Positions 53,135-62,736 of a stretch of 64,000 nt of DNA are shown in pieces (position 1 is the stretch's first letter; each line of letters begins with the position of its first letter). The stretch lies in contig DASYZC010000062.1 in NCBI GenBank assembly GCA_035949735.1, forward strand, positions 4,574 to 68,573, written 5' to 3'. The translations under genes and the position numbers were made by a program. Source of the stretch: Candidatus Acidiferrales bacterium. Its GTDB lineage: Bacteria > Acidobacteriota > Terriglobia > Acidiferrales > UBA7541. The notes below the pieces were generated by a model. The model did not search any database, had not been told where the DNA came from, and saw nothing but the letters and a program-made list of their open reading frames with translations.

Positions 53135-54298
53135 ATGGCCGATCGAAAAAATCGGAATGGATTGGCGGCGGACAGATTGCGTCATCTGAAGGCTGTGATC
53201 GAGGACGATATCAAACGCGGCCGCTACTACGGCGGGGTGATTTTGGTGGCGCGGAATGGCGTCGTGGGCCTTCACGAGGCGATTGGCTTCATCGACTCGA
53301 AGCACAGGAAGCCGGTAACCGAGAAATCGGTTTTCAGTATTTTCTCGACGACGAAGGCGATCACCAACGTGCTGGTCTTCCGCGCAATCGAGCGCGGGGA
53401 GTTCGCGTTGACGACCAAAGTTTCCGAGGTGATTCCCGAGTTTTCTGGAGGGCAACGGCAGCACATCACTTTCTTTCATTTGCTGACGCACAGTTCGGGA
53501 CTTCCGAGCATATTTACGCCCAAGGCGGGCATGTGCATCGACCGGCTGGACGAGATCGTCGCGGCCATCTGCGAAAACGTGCAGTGTGCGGACGAACCCG
53601 GAAAAGTGATCAACTATGCGCCGATGGCGGGGCACGCTCTGATGGGCGAGGCGGTGCGGCGCACCGATCCCAAGAAACGGTCATATCGCCAATTGGTTGA
53701 GGATGAGATTTTGAAACCGCTGAAGATGAAGGACACTTCGATTGGCGTGCGCAAGGATCTGAAGGCACGGCATATCGTTCCCATATTTCTCGAGCCCTTT
53801 CCCTTCGATCACCTGGGACACAGCAACCTCGGCCCCAATGGCGCGTTCGAAGAAGAAAAGGCGGAGATGCCGTGGGTGGGCGGAATCACGACCGTGTGGG
53901 ATTTATTCCGGTTCGCGGAAATGTTGAGGCGGGGCGGTGAACTGGACGGTGTGAGGATTCTTTCGCCAGCGATCCTCGATTTGGCGAGCCGGAATTGGAC
54001 GGGCGACAGACCAAATGAGCTTTTCAAGCCGATGATGGCGGCGCGCGGGTGGGAGGATTGTCCTGCGTATCTCGGGCTTGGTTTTCAGGTGCGTGGCGAC
54101 ACGATTTGCCACAATTTGTTTGGAACGCTAACTTCGCCGCGAACGTTTGGGAATTACGGCGCGGGGAGTTCGGTTTTTTGGGTCGATCCGGAATTGCAGA
54201 TGACGTTTGTGTGCCTAACCGCGGGCGTGATGAATGGCATGGATAATATTGAGCGGTTTCAACGGCTTTCGGATATCGCGGTTTCGGCGGCAACGTAA
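53135..54298 (+). CDS. Serine hydrolase (class C beta-lactamase/esterase family), copy 1
   Basis: S-x-x-K motif in SIFSTTKAIT. By eye it is about two-thirds identical to 57209-58369. Confidence 0.85.
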   Translation: MADRKNRNGLAADRLRHLKAVIEDDIKRGRYYGGVILVARNGVVGLHEAIGFIDSKHRKPVTEKSVFSIFSTTKAITNVLVFRAIERGEFALTTKVSEVIPEFSGGQRQHITFFHLLTHSSGLPSIFTPKAGMCIDRLDEIVAAICENVQCADEPGKVINYAPMAGHALMGEAVRRTDPKKRSYRQLVEDEILKPLKMKDTSIGVRKDLKARHIVPIFLEPFPFDHLGHSNLGPNGAFEEEKAEMPWVGGITTVWDLFRFAEMLRRGGELDGVRILSPAILDLASRNWTGDRPNELFKPMMAARGWEDCPAYLGLGFQVRGDTICHNLFGTLTSPRTFGNYGAGSSVFWVDPELQMTFVCLTAGVMNGMDNIERFQRLSDIAVSAAT

Positions 54299-54526
54299 CT
54301 CGCATGCGGTTCCCCCACGAAAATGGGGTCGGCGATCGGATGATCGAAGAGAGATCCTTCGACTGCGTGCCCCGGCGCTTCGCGCAGAAGAAAAGGCACG
54401 GGACACTCCGCTCAGGATGACGCTACAAATAAGCGGGGAAACCGGGGCGCACTGCGGGTTGCGCGGGAACGCGAATTGGTGTTACATCGGGGCGACAATA
54501 GCAGTTGGAACTGAAGGAGCAGGCCA

Positions 54527-55495
54527 ATGGAACCAACAAAAGATGCGGGCGCTGTGCTGCATGCGGCCGGCGCAAGCGTGGGTCATGCAGCGAGCCTCGC
54601 TGGTGAACCGGCGCACGACTACAGGAAGGGCGAGCGGCGAATCGGCCGATGGAGCGTGGGCGATGTGAAGATTACGAGTGTGATGGAATCGGCCGAACGC
54701 ATTCCCTGGGCGCCGCTGCTCCCTGCGGAAACTTCCGAAAACTACAAAAAGTACGATTGGCTGGTGCCGCGGTTCGTCACTCCCGAGGGACAAATTATTT
54801 TGGCGGTGCAGGCGTTTGTGCTGGAGACAGGCGGGCGGCGGATTGTGGTGGATACCTGCGTGGGAAACGATCGGGCGCGCGAAATCCCGCACTGCAACGG
54901 CCTGCAGACAGCATTCTTGGAGGATATGGCGGCGGCCGGGTTTCCCCCGGAGACAATTGATACAGTGCTTTGCACGCACCTGCATTTCGATCACGTCGGC
55001 TGGAACACGCGGCTGGAAAATGGACGCTGGGTGCCCACGTTTCCGAAAGCGCGATATTTATTCGGGCGGCGCGAATGGGAATGGTGTGAAATGCTTCTTC
55101 GGGAAAAAACGCTGGACGTGCGGCACATTCTGGATTCCGTTCAGCCGATTCTGGACGCGGGACTGGCCGATCTGGTGGAGACGAACCATCGCTTGACGGA
55201 CGAGCTGTGGCTCGAGCCCACGCACGGGCATACGCCGGGGCATGTGAGCCTGCACATTTTGTCGCGGGGGCAGCATGCGATCGTGACGGGCGACGTGTTT
55301 CACAACCCAATTCAATTCGCGGAGCCGGAAATATGCTCGGTGGGATGCGTGGACAAGGAAATGTCACGCAAGACGCGACGGGAATTTCTAAAGCGATACG
55401 AAAACCGGGCGGCGCGCATTTTCGCCGTTCATTTCAACTCGCCCGTGGGATGGATTGTGCGCGACGCAAGTAATTGGAAATTCACCACGGACTAA
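54527..55495 (+). CDS. MBL-fold metallo-hydrolase (lactonase-like), copy 1
   Basis: LCTHLHFDHVGWN (HxHxDH). GAAGGAG lies 7 nt upstream of the ATG. Paralogue of 60059-60934. Confidence 0.85.
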   Translation: MEPTKDAGAVLHAAGASVGHAASLAGEPAHDYRKGERRIGRWSVGDVKITSVMESAERIPWAPLLPAETSENYKKYDWLVPRFVTPEGQIILAVQAFVLETGGRRIVVDTCVGNDRAREIPHCNGLQTAFLEDMAAAGFPPETIDTVLCTHLHFDHVGWNTRLENGRWVPTFPKARYLFGRREWEWCEMLLREKTLDVRHILDSVQPILDAGLADLVETNHRLTDELWLEPTHGHTPGHVSLHILSRGQHAIVTGDVFHNPIQFAEPEICSVGCVDKEMSRKTRREFLKRYENRAARIFAVHFNSPVGWIVRDASNWKFTTD

Positions 55496-55504
55496 GCTCG
55501 GTTC

Positions 55505-57163
55505 ATGCCTGAACTTCGGAGTTTCGACTACATCATCGTCGGCGGAGGGACCGCTGCGTGCGTGCTTGCCAACCGGCTGACGGAGGATTCTGCGGTTCGC
55601 GTGCTGATGATCGAGGCGGGACCTGAGCCCGAGAGCCCTTGGATCAAAATGCCGTTGGCCATGGGCAAACTTTTTACTCATCCGACGCTGAATTGGGGTT
55701 TTTACACCGAGCCTGAAGCGAAGCTGAACAACCGGCCGATTTTTTGGCCGCGTGGAAGGGTTCTGGGCGGGTCCAGCTCGATCAACGGCAGCGCGTACGT
55801 TCGCGGGCAGGCTGAGGATTACGACGGTTGGAGGCGGCTCGGCAATGTGGGATGGGGGTGGTCCGATGTGCTGCCGTATTTCAATAAATTGGAACGGCGC
55901 GAGGATTTGCCGGCCGAGTCTCGAAACAGCGCGGGCATGCTTGCGGTGAATTATCCCACGTACGTTCATCCCATTACGCGAGCATTTATCGAAGGCTGTG
56001 TGCGAAATGGTTTGCCCGCCAGCAAGGATTTGAACGGCGCGGTTTCCGAAGGCATCAGCCTGATGCCCAACTCGGTGCGTAAGGGAGTGCGCCAATCGGC
56101 AGTAGAAGCGTATTTGCGGCCTGTGCGGCAGCGAAAGAATCTTGTGGTGGAAACTTCCGCGCTTGCCCGGCGCGTGCTGACTGGGGCCCGCCGCGCAACG
56201 GGCGTCGAGTACGAACGCAACGGAACGATTCAGAAAGCGCTGGCCACGCGGGAGGTGATTCTCGCGGTCGGCTCGATTGGCTCGCCGCAAATTCTGATGC
56301 TTTCTGGAATTGGCCCCGGCAGGCATTTGCAGGAGCATGGGATCGCGGTGGTGGCAGACGTTGCCGGCGTGGGAGAAAATCTGCACGATCACCCTTACAC
56401 GACTTGCACGTACAGAACTACGGGGGAAAATTCGTTGAATCCACAGCTGAAAGGGCTGCGCGTGGCGTGGCACGCGCTGAATTACTATGTGGCGAAGCGC
56501 GGGCCGCTGACCAACGGCGCGTCGCAGGCTACGGCGCTGGCGCGCGGGCTGCCGGACGCTCCGTGTCCCGATTTACAAATTGTTTTCCGGCCGATGAGCC
56601 ATGTTTTTGACAGCAGCGGGAAAATTGCGCCCGATCCGATACCGAGAATTACGGGCGGCGTCGCGTACGTGCGGCCGAAATCGCGAGGGCGGCTGCTGTT
56701 GAAGTCCACCGATCCACGGCAGGCGCCCGCGATGTTTGCGAATTATCTGGCGGTGGCAAGCGACGAGGAGGGGCTGCTTACCGGCGTGAAACTCGTGCGG
56801 CGCATTTTTCAAACCGAGCCGCTCAAGTCTCGCATGTTGGGCGAAGACGCGCCGGGCGATGCGTGCAGGACCGACGCTGATCTGCGCGAGTACTTGCACA
56901 AAGCGGCCAATACGTTTTGCCATCCGAGCGGCACGTGCAAGATGGGGCAGGATGCGATGTCGGTGGTGGATGAGCGGCTGCGCGTTCGCGGAATCGAGTC
57001 GTTGCGAGTGATTGATGCGTCGATTATGCCAGCGCTGCCCTCGGCGGGTCCTGCGCCCGCGGTGTTTATGATTGCGGAAAAGGGCGCGGACCTTATCAAG
57101 GAAGATCGGTCGCGTGGAGTTACGTCTGTGAGAAGCGATGCTGTTGCTTCGGCCGTGCGCTAG
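55505..57163 (+). CDS. GMC-family FAD oxidoreductase, copy 1
   Basis: FDYIIVGGGTAACVLANRLTED (FAD-binding). C-terminal HPSGTCKMG signature. Confidence 0.9.
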   Translation: MPELRSFDYIIVGGGTAACVLANRLTEDSAVRVLMIEAGPEPESPWIKMPLAMGKLFTHPTLNWGFYTEPEAKLNNRPIFWPRGRVLGGSSSINGSAYVRGQAEDYDGWRRLGNVGWGWSDVLPYFNKLERREDLPAESRNSAGMLAVNYPTYVHPITRAFIEGCVRNGLPASKDLNGAVSEGISLMPNSVRKGVRQSAVEAYLRPVRQRKNLVVETSALARRVLTGARRATGVEYERNGTIQKALATREVILAVGSIGSPQILMLSGIGPGRHLQEHGIAVVADVAGVGENLHDHPYTTCTYRTTGENSLNPQLKGLRVAWHALNYYVAKRGPLTNGASQATALARGLPDAPCPDLQIVFRPMSHVFDSSGKIAPDPIPRITGGVAYVRPKSRGRLLLKSTDPRQAPAMFANYLAVASDEEGLLTGVKLVRRIFQTEPLKSRMLGEDAPGDACRTDADLREYLHKAANTFCHPSGTCKMGQDAMSVVDERLRVRGIESLRVIDASIMPALPSAGPAPAVFMIAEKGADLIKEDRSRGVTSVRSDAVASAVR

Positions 57164-57208
57164 GCTCCCGCGGTAGCAGAGCGACGGTTGTTTGAGGATA
57201 CAAGAGAA

Positions 57209-58369
57209 ATGGGCGAGACGAAGAAACTGGAGCTCAATCCTGAGCGGTTGCGCCACCTCAAGTCCGTCGTCGAGGAAGACATTAGGAAAGGCCTCTATTT
57301 TGGCGGCACGATTATCGTGGCCCGGCATGGCAAAATTGGATTCCACGAAGCGTTCGGCCATGCCAATTCCGAGCGAAAGCGTGCCGTGAGAAAGGATTCG
57401 GTCTTCAGTTTGTTCTCGGTTACGAAATCCTTCACCAATGTTCTGGTGCTGCGGGCGATCGAGCTCGGCCAATTTGCACTGACAACCAAGGTCACCGAGA
57501 TCATCGCGGAATTCGACGGGCCGCTGCGCAGAGACGCGACGGTTTTTCACTTGCTGACACACAGCGCAGGGCTGCCGCCGGTCTACACGCCGAAGGCCGG
57601 CATGTATATCGACCGGCTTGACGAGATGATCGCGGCAATTTGCAAGTTGGTGCCTGGCGAGTTCCCACCCGGCACGCGCGTTGACTACTCGCCGTTCGTC
57701 AATCATGCGCTGCTCGGCGAAATGGTCCGGCGCACCGATCCCAAAGCGCGCTCCTACCGGAAAATTGTGGAGGATGAGATTCTGAAGCCGCTGGGGATGA
57801 AGGACACTTCCGTGGGTGTGCGGCGCGATCTGAAGAAGCGCCATCTGGTGCCTGACTTCCGAGGCAACGCCGCAATCAATCATCTGGGTCACAGCGATTT
57901 GGGACCGAATGGCGCATTCGAGGAAGAAGATGCGGAGATGCCCTGGGTCGGAATTGTTTCCACGGCATCGGACCTGTTCCGACTGGCCGAAATGCTGCGG
58001 CGGCTGGGCGAGCTTGACGGCGCGCGCATCCTTTCCCCCACGATCTGCAAGAAGGCGCGGCAAAACTGGACAGGGGACAAGCCGAACGAGGTTTACAAGC
58101 GGTTGTGCATCGAGCACGGCTGGCCAATTATCCCGGCCTATCTCGGCCTCGGCTTCCCACTGCGCGGCGAGGCGATCGGCAATCATCTTTATGGCACGCT
58201 CACTTCGCCCAACACGTTCGGGGGCTATGGCGCCGGCACAACTATCTATTGGGTGGACCCGGAACTCGAGCTGACCTTCGTGGGCCTGTGCACCGGTGTG
58301 ATGAATTCGGCGGACAATTATTTGCGCTGGCGCCGGCTATCCGACATCGCGGTCTCAGCGGCCATTTGA
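57209..58369 (+). CDS. Serine hydrolase (beta-lactamase/esterase family), copy 2
   Basis: SLFSVTKSFT. The start MGETKKLELNPERLRHLK aligns with the copy 1 N-terminus. Confidence 0.85.
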   Translation: MGETKKLELNPERLRHLKSVVEEDIRKGLYFGGTIIVARHGKIGFHEAFGHANSERKRAVRKDSVFSLFSVTKSFTNVLVLRAIELGQFALTTKVTEIIAEFDGPLRRDATVFHLLTHSAGLPPVYTPKAGMYIDRLDEMIAAICKLVPGEFPPGTRVDYSPFVNHALLGEMVRRTDPKARSYRKIVEDEILKPLGMKDTSVGVRRDLKKRHLVPDFRGNAAINHLGHSDLGPNGAFEEEDAEMPWVGIVSTASDLFRLAEMLRRLGELDGARILSPTICKKARQNWTGDKPNEVYKRLCIEHGWPIIPAYLGLGFPLRGEAIGNHLYGTLTSPNTFGGYGAGTTIYWVDPELELTFVGLCTGVMNSADNYLRWRRLSDIAVSAAI

Positions 58370-58392
58370 GGCACCACCAAAAACAGAACATC

Positions 58393-60039
58393 ATGCCGAA
58401 CCGAAATAATGAGGATTCGTTCGACTATGTGATCGTCGGAGCCGGAACGGCAGGCTGCGTACTTGCCAACCGGCTCTCGCAGGATCAAGCGAACCGCGTG
58501 TGCCTGATCGAGGCGGGTCCCAAGGACAGCCATCCCTTCATCCACGTGCCCGCTTTGGTTGCGGCCGCGATGGTGAGGCCGAGCATCGTCTGGGGCTACT
58601 GGACAGTGCCGCAGCAAAACCTGAACGGACGGAAGGTTCCGATTCCGCGCGGGCGAGTGGTGGGCGGCACCAGCTCGATCAACGGCATGGTTTACATGCG
58701 CGGCAATCCCAAGGACTATGACGATTGGGCTGCGGCGGGAAACAGCGGTTGGAGCTATTCGGAAGTGCTCCCCTATTTCGTGCGTTCGGAAAACAATGAA
58801 GCGTTTGATGGCTCTCCGTATCACGGCAAAGGCGGGCCGATGAATGTTAAAAGCATCAGGCGGCCCAACGCGCTTAATACTGCTTTTCTCGAAGCGATGA
58901 AATCGCTGCAATTTCGCCGCAACGATGATTTCAACGGCCTGGACAACGAAGGTTATGGGCTGCGCCAGGGAACGATACGGGGCGGTTACCGCGAATCCGA
59001 AGCGACAGCTTACCTAAAGCCCGCGATGAGCAGGCCGAACCTGAAAGTGCTAACCGGAGCGTTAGTCACGCGGGTCGTCGTGGAGAATCGCCGTGCGACC
59101 GGCGTCGAGTTTCAGCGGGGCGGCGAAACACGACGGGTCGCCGCGCGGCGAGAGGTCATCGTGTCGGGCGGCAGCATCGGATCGCCCCAGATCCTAATGC
59201 TCTCGGGCATCGGCGATGGCGCGGCGCTGCAGGCTCTGGGAATTTCAGTGACTCATCATTTGCCCGGCGTAGGTGCGAATCTTCACGATCATGTCGCGAC
59301 CTCGGTGCAGATGGTCACGTCGAATTCGACTTCTTATGGTATTTCGCTGAAGGCATTGCCGCGCGGAATGTGGAACATTTTCGAATATTTGTTGCTGCGC
59401 CAAGGGCCGTTCTCCAGCAATGTGTTCGAATCGAATGCGTTTTTGAAGAGCATGGACGGCCTCGACCGGCCCGACACGCAGGTGGTTTTTCAGCCGGCGC
59501 GGCGGAATCAATCGACGTTCCCGCTGCCGCTTGGACACGGCTTTGCAATCAGTGTGGTGGTCTTGTTTCCCAAGAGCCGCGGCCGCGTCGCACTATCGAG
59601 TGCTGATCCGCGCACGGCGCCGATTATCGATCCCAATATTTTGAGCGCGCCAGAAGACTTTGAGCCGCTCCTGCGCGGGCTCAAGCTGGCACGCCGCATA
59701 TTCGCGACTCCAGCCTTCGCCCGATACAAAGCAACCGAGTTTCTCCCCGGTCCGACGGTCCAAGGTGACGACGCGCTCCGGGAATATATCCGTAAGACTA
59801 CGGCAACGGTCTATCATCCGGCCGGAACCTGCCGCATGGGTCTTGACGACGACGCGGTGGTCACTCCCGAACTCAAGGTAAGGGGCATTGATGGTTTGCG
59901 GGTCGTGGATGCATCGATTTTCCCGAGGCTGATGGGAGGAAATCCGAATGCGCCCGTGGTGATGGTTGCGGAGAAGGCTGCAGATATGATCGCGGGGCGG
60001 GCGTCGCTTGCGCCCGTTGCATTGCCGCGAGATCGCTAG
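58393..60039 (+). CDS. GMC-family FAD oxidoreductase, copy 2
   Basis: Start MPNRNNEDSFDYVIVGAGTAGCVLANRL. HPAGTCRMG signature. The raw ORF's upstream extension is rejected. Confidence 0.9.
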   Translation: MPNRNNEDSFDYVIVGAGTAGCVLANRLSQDQANRVCLIEAGPKDSHPFIHVPALVAAAMVRPSIVWGYWTVPQQNLNGRKVPIPRGRVVGGTSSINGMVYMRGNPKDYDDWAAAGNSGWSYSEVLPYFVRSENNEAFDGSPYHGKGGPMNVKSIRRPNALNTAFLEAMKSLQFRRNDDFNGLDNEGYGLRQGTIRGGYRESEATAYLKPAMSRPNLKVLTGALVTRVVVENRRATGVEFQRGGETRRVAARREVIVSGGSIGSPQILMLSGIGDGAALQALGISVTHHLPGVGANLHDHVATSVQMVTSNSTSYGISLKALPRGMWNIFEYLLLRQGPFSSNVFESNAFLKSMDGLDRPDTQVVFQPARRNQSTFPLPLGHGFAISVVVLFPKSRGRVALSSADPRTAPIIDPNILSAPEDFEPLLRGLKLARRIFATPAFARYKATEFLPGPTVQGDDALREYIRKTTATVYHPAGTCRMGLDDDAVVTPELKVRGIDGLRVVDASIFPRLMGGNPNAPVVMVAEKAADMIAGRASLAPVALPRDR

Positions 60040-60058
60040 GAACCCGGAGGAAAAGGCC

Positions 60059-60934
60059 ATGGCCAGGGAGCACATCAGAAAGTGGAAGATCGGCGACGTC
60101 GAAGTGGTCCGCATTGTCGAAGTGCCGCATGAGGATCCTTTCGAAGTGCTGCTGCCCGGCGTCACGCCGGAGGTCGCCAAGCAATACGACTGGCTGTTCC
60201 CCCATTTTGCGACGCCGGACGGCCATATGAAGATTTGGTTTCAGGCTTTCGTTCTGCGCTCCGGCAAAGAAAAGATCATGATCGATACGTGCATCGGCAA
60301 CGATCGCCAGCGCGAGTTCCCGATATTCACGAACATGCAGACTTCATTTATCGAAGATTTGACTATCGCCGGATACGCGCCGGAATCGGTTGCAAAAGTT
60401 TTGTGCACGCACATGCATTTTGATCATGTGGGTTGGAACACACGCAAAGTAAATGGCCGCTGGGTTCCGACCTTCCCGAATGCACGTTATCTGTTCGGCC
60501 GCAAGGAGTACGAACATTGGAAAATGCTCGAGCGCACGGGCGGCTATCATGACTGCACGCATTTGACGGACTCAATCGAGCCGATAACCAGTGCCGGTCT
60601 CGCCGATTTCATCGAGCCGACTCACAGGCTCACAGATGAGATCACACTCGTGTCGACCCCCGGACACACGCCTGGCCACGTCAGCGTGCAGATTTCATCG
60701 AAGGGACAAGAAGGTTTTATTACGGGCGATATGCTGCATCATCCGATCCAGCTTGCAGAAATCGAGCGTCCCGGAAATTTCGACATGGACAAAGAACAAG
60801 GAATCAAGACGCGCAAAGCGATGTTCGAGCGGCTCGCCGACAAGAATATTTTGATCATCGGCAGCCATTTCTCCGAGCCGACCGCCGGCTACATTGTTCG
60901 CGATAGAAAGAATTGGCGATTCAAGATTCAGTGA
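60059..60934 (+). CDS. MBL-fold metallo-hydrolase (lactonase-like), copy 2
   Basis: Start MAREHIRKW is preceded by GGAGGAAAAGGCC. LCTHMHFDHVGWN. Confidence 0.85.
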   Translation: MAREHIRKWKIGDVEVVRIVEVPHEDPFEVLLPGVTPEVAKQYDWLFPHFATPDGHMKIWFQAFVLRSGKEKIMIDTCIGNDRQREFPIFTNMQTSFIEDLTIAGYAPESVAKVLCTHMHFDHVGWNTRKVNGRWVPTFPNARYLFGRKEYEHWKMLERTGGYHDCTHLTDSIEPITSAGLADFIEPTHRLTDEITLVSTPGHTPGHVSVQISSKGQEGFITGDMLHHPIQLAEIERPGNFDMDKEQGIKTRKAMFERLADKNILIIGSHFSEPTAGYIVRDRKNWRFKIQ

Positions 60935-60968
60935 GTGAAGCGTTCTAAGTTTCACCGGGAGCAAAACA

Positions 60969-61733
60969 ATGTCGCGTCTGAAAGGGCAGGTTGCGTTTGT
61001 CACGGGGGCGGGGCGCGGAATCGGGCAGGCCATGGCGCTCGCATTTGCATCGGAAGGCGCGATTGTGGGAGTCGCGGATATAGACCCGGCGACCGCTAAA
61101 GCGACCGTGAGCCAAATCGAAAAAAGTTCTGGGACAGCTCGCGCTTTCCCGATCGACGTCAGCCGGCGCGAGGATGTGCTGCGCGCTGTGGATCAGCTTG
61201 TTTCGGAATTTGGACGTTTGGATATTGTCGCCAATAACGCGATCGTGTTCCGGCGCGAGCCGGTTTCGGAAGTGCGCGAGGAAACGGTCGAACGAATGAT
61301 TTCGGTAGGGCTGAAGTCGATCCTGTGGACGGCGCAAGCGGCTTTGCTGCACATGGATCCCGAGCGCGGCGGCGTAATCATCAACAACACATCGCCGGCC
61401 GCGGAACTTGGCGTGCCGCGCTCGACGGTCTATTCCGCAATTAAGGGCGGAGTGTCATCGTTGACTCGTTCGCTTGCGGTGGAATTCGGCTCACGCAAAA
61501 TCCGCGTCAACGCCGTTTGCCCCGGCACGGTGCCAACTCCCGGAGCGCGAGCGATGAACAACAATGACGACGCGCTGTACGAATCCCGGCGACAAAAAAC
61601 TCCGCTTGGGCGCCTTGGTACTCCCGAAAATATCGCGTCCGCGGCCGTATTCCTGGCTTCTCCCGAGGCATCGTTCATCACGGCGGCAATTTTGCGAGTT
61701 GACGGCGGGGCTACGGTGAACGCCGGAGCTTAA
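60969..61733 (+). CDS. Short-chain dehydrogenase/reductase (SDR)
   Basis: VTGAGRGIGQA (TGxxxGxG) and YSAIK (YxxxK). Confidence 0.9.
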   Translation: MSRLKGQVAFVTGAGRGIGQAMALAFASEGAIVGVADIDPATAKATVSQIEKSSGTARAFPIDVSRREDVLRAVDQLVSEFGRLDIVANNAIVFRREPVSEVREETVERMISVGLKSILWTAQAALLHMDPERGGVIINNTSPAAELGVPRSTVYSAIKGGVSSLTRSLAVEFGSRKIRVNAVCPGTVPTPGARAMNNNDDALYESRRQKTPLGRLGTPENIASAAVFLASPEASFITAAILRVDGGATVNAGA

Positions 61734-61760
61734 CTGCTACGAAGTCATTTGCCACTCGTG

Positions 61761-62165
61761 CTATCGGAGCGTGCTCACGTAGTAGCTATCCATGTATTCG
61801 CGGAGAGCGAAAATCTTATCGTCCCTGATCTCAAGGATGAATGCGTAGCGGTTATTGTATTCCTTACCGTTTTTGAGGCGGCCAACACCGCGCGCTTCCA
61901 CTGCCGCGTACTGCCCTTGCAAAATTAGGTGCTGGATCAACACTTTCGGATCGCCATCCTCGAAGATCCCGCGCACTGGCGCGAGAAAATCGTCAATAAT
62001 CTCTTTGCGCCCCCTTTTTTCGCCCGCGCCGGGAAGACCCGTGACCATTCCAGTCCAAGTAGCCTGTTCGTGGAACAGAGGCCGGAGGCGTTCTAGGTCG
62101 CCCGCGCTAAGCGTCTCGAAAAATGTCCTGACGATCTGCTCGTTGCGACTGGTTGCTTCAGACAT
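61761..62165 (-). CDS. SnoaL/NTF2-like small protein
   Basis: Start MSEATSRNEQIVRTFFETLSAGDLERL. The length and pattern are typical of SnoaL-like polyketide cyclase / ketosteroid isomerase folds. Confidence 0.65.
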   Translation of the reverse strand: MSEATSRNEQIVRTFFETLSAGDLERLRPLFHEQATWTGMVTGLPGAGEKRGRKEIIDDFLAPVRGIFEDGDPKVLIQHLILQGQYAAVEARGVGRLKNGKEYNNRYAFILEIRDDKIFALREYMDSYYVSTLR

Positions 62166-62517
62166 CGGTATCCCTCCAATTGTTGATCGCTGGATAATTT
62201 CTGAATCGCGCGGGTTGCGGCGATTCTGGCGCACACTTGGGTATCACAACCCGAGGGCGCGCCGCAAAGATTTAATCCGTGCTTCGCGATTCTGAACGCT
62301 TGTTTTGCCCTGTAGAGTGGCTTGCAGGCTCGGGCGGTGTTATACTCTGCACGCTTCCATTTTTGCCGTCGCGCTGAGCGACGGGTGTCTTAACTGGAGA
62401 GCCTCGAACCGGAACAAGTCTTCAAGCCCTCCCTCGATTTGAACCGGTTCGCGGCGGTTGACGCGTCACGCACATCCCCAGGGTTCCGTGGTTGCTCGAA
62501 ACAGAAGGAGTTCAATC

Positions 62518-62715
62518 ATGTACACGTACATCTGTTGTCGCTGTACGAATTGCTCCGCCCAGATTGTGTTGGAAGACCGGGCGGACTCGGACATGATTCA
62601 TCGGCCTCCGAGGCCGCGGTCGGGACGCGAGGCTTGTCCATATTGCCGAGCCGTGTTCGTCCCTGAGAAATATTACGTCAAAGAGAGTGGGTCGCCTCTC
62701 TTGGAGCGGGTGTAA
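62518..62715 (+). CDS. Zinc-ribbon miniprotein (65 aa)
   Basis: AGAAGGAG lies 7 nt upstream of the ATG. CxxC pairs CRCTNC and CPYC. Confidence 0.45.
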   Translation: MYTYICCRCTNCSAQIVLEDRADSDMIHRPPRPRSGREACPYCRAVFVPEKYYVKESGSPLLERV

Positions 62716-62736
62716 GTACGGGATGCTGTCGCCGGC

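Noticed and set aside
55388-58911. Very long antisense ORFs (55388-56473, 56573-58186 and 58318-58911, all minus strand) opposite the GMC and hydrolase genes
   Set aside because: Their translations are Arg/His/Pro/Gln-rich and have no motifs. They are typical shadow ORFs of GC-rich coding sequence. The plus-strand products carry clear catalytic motifs.
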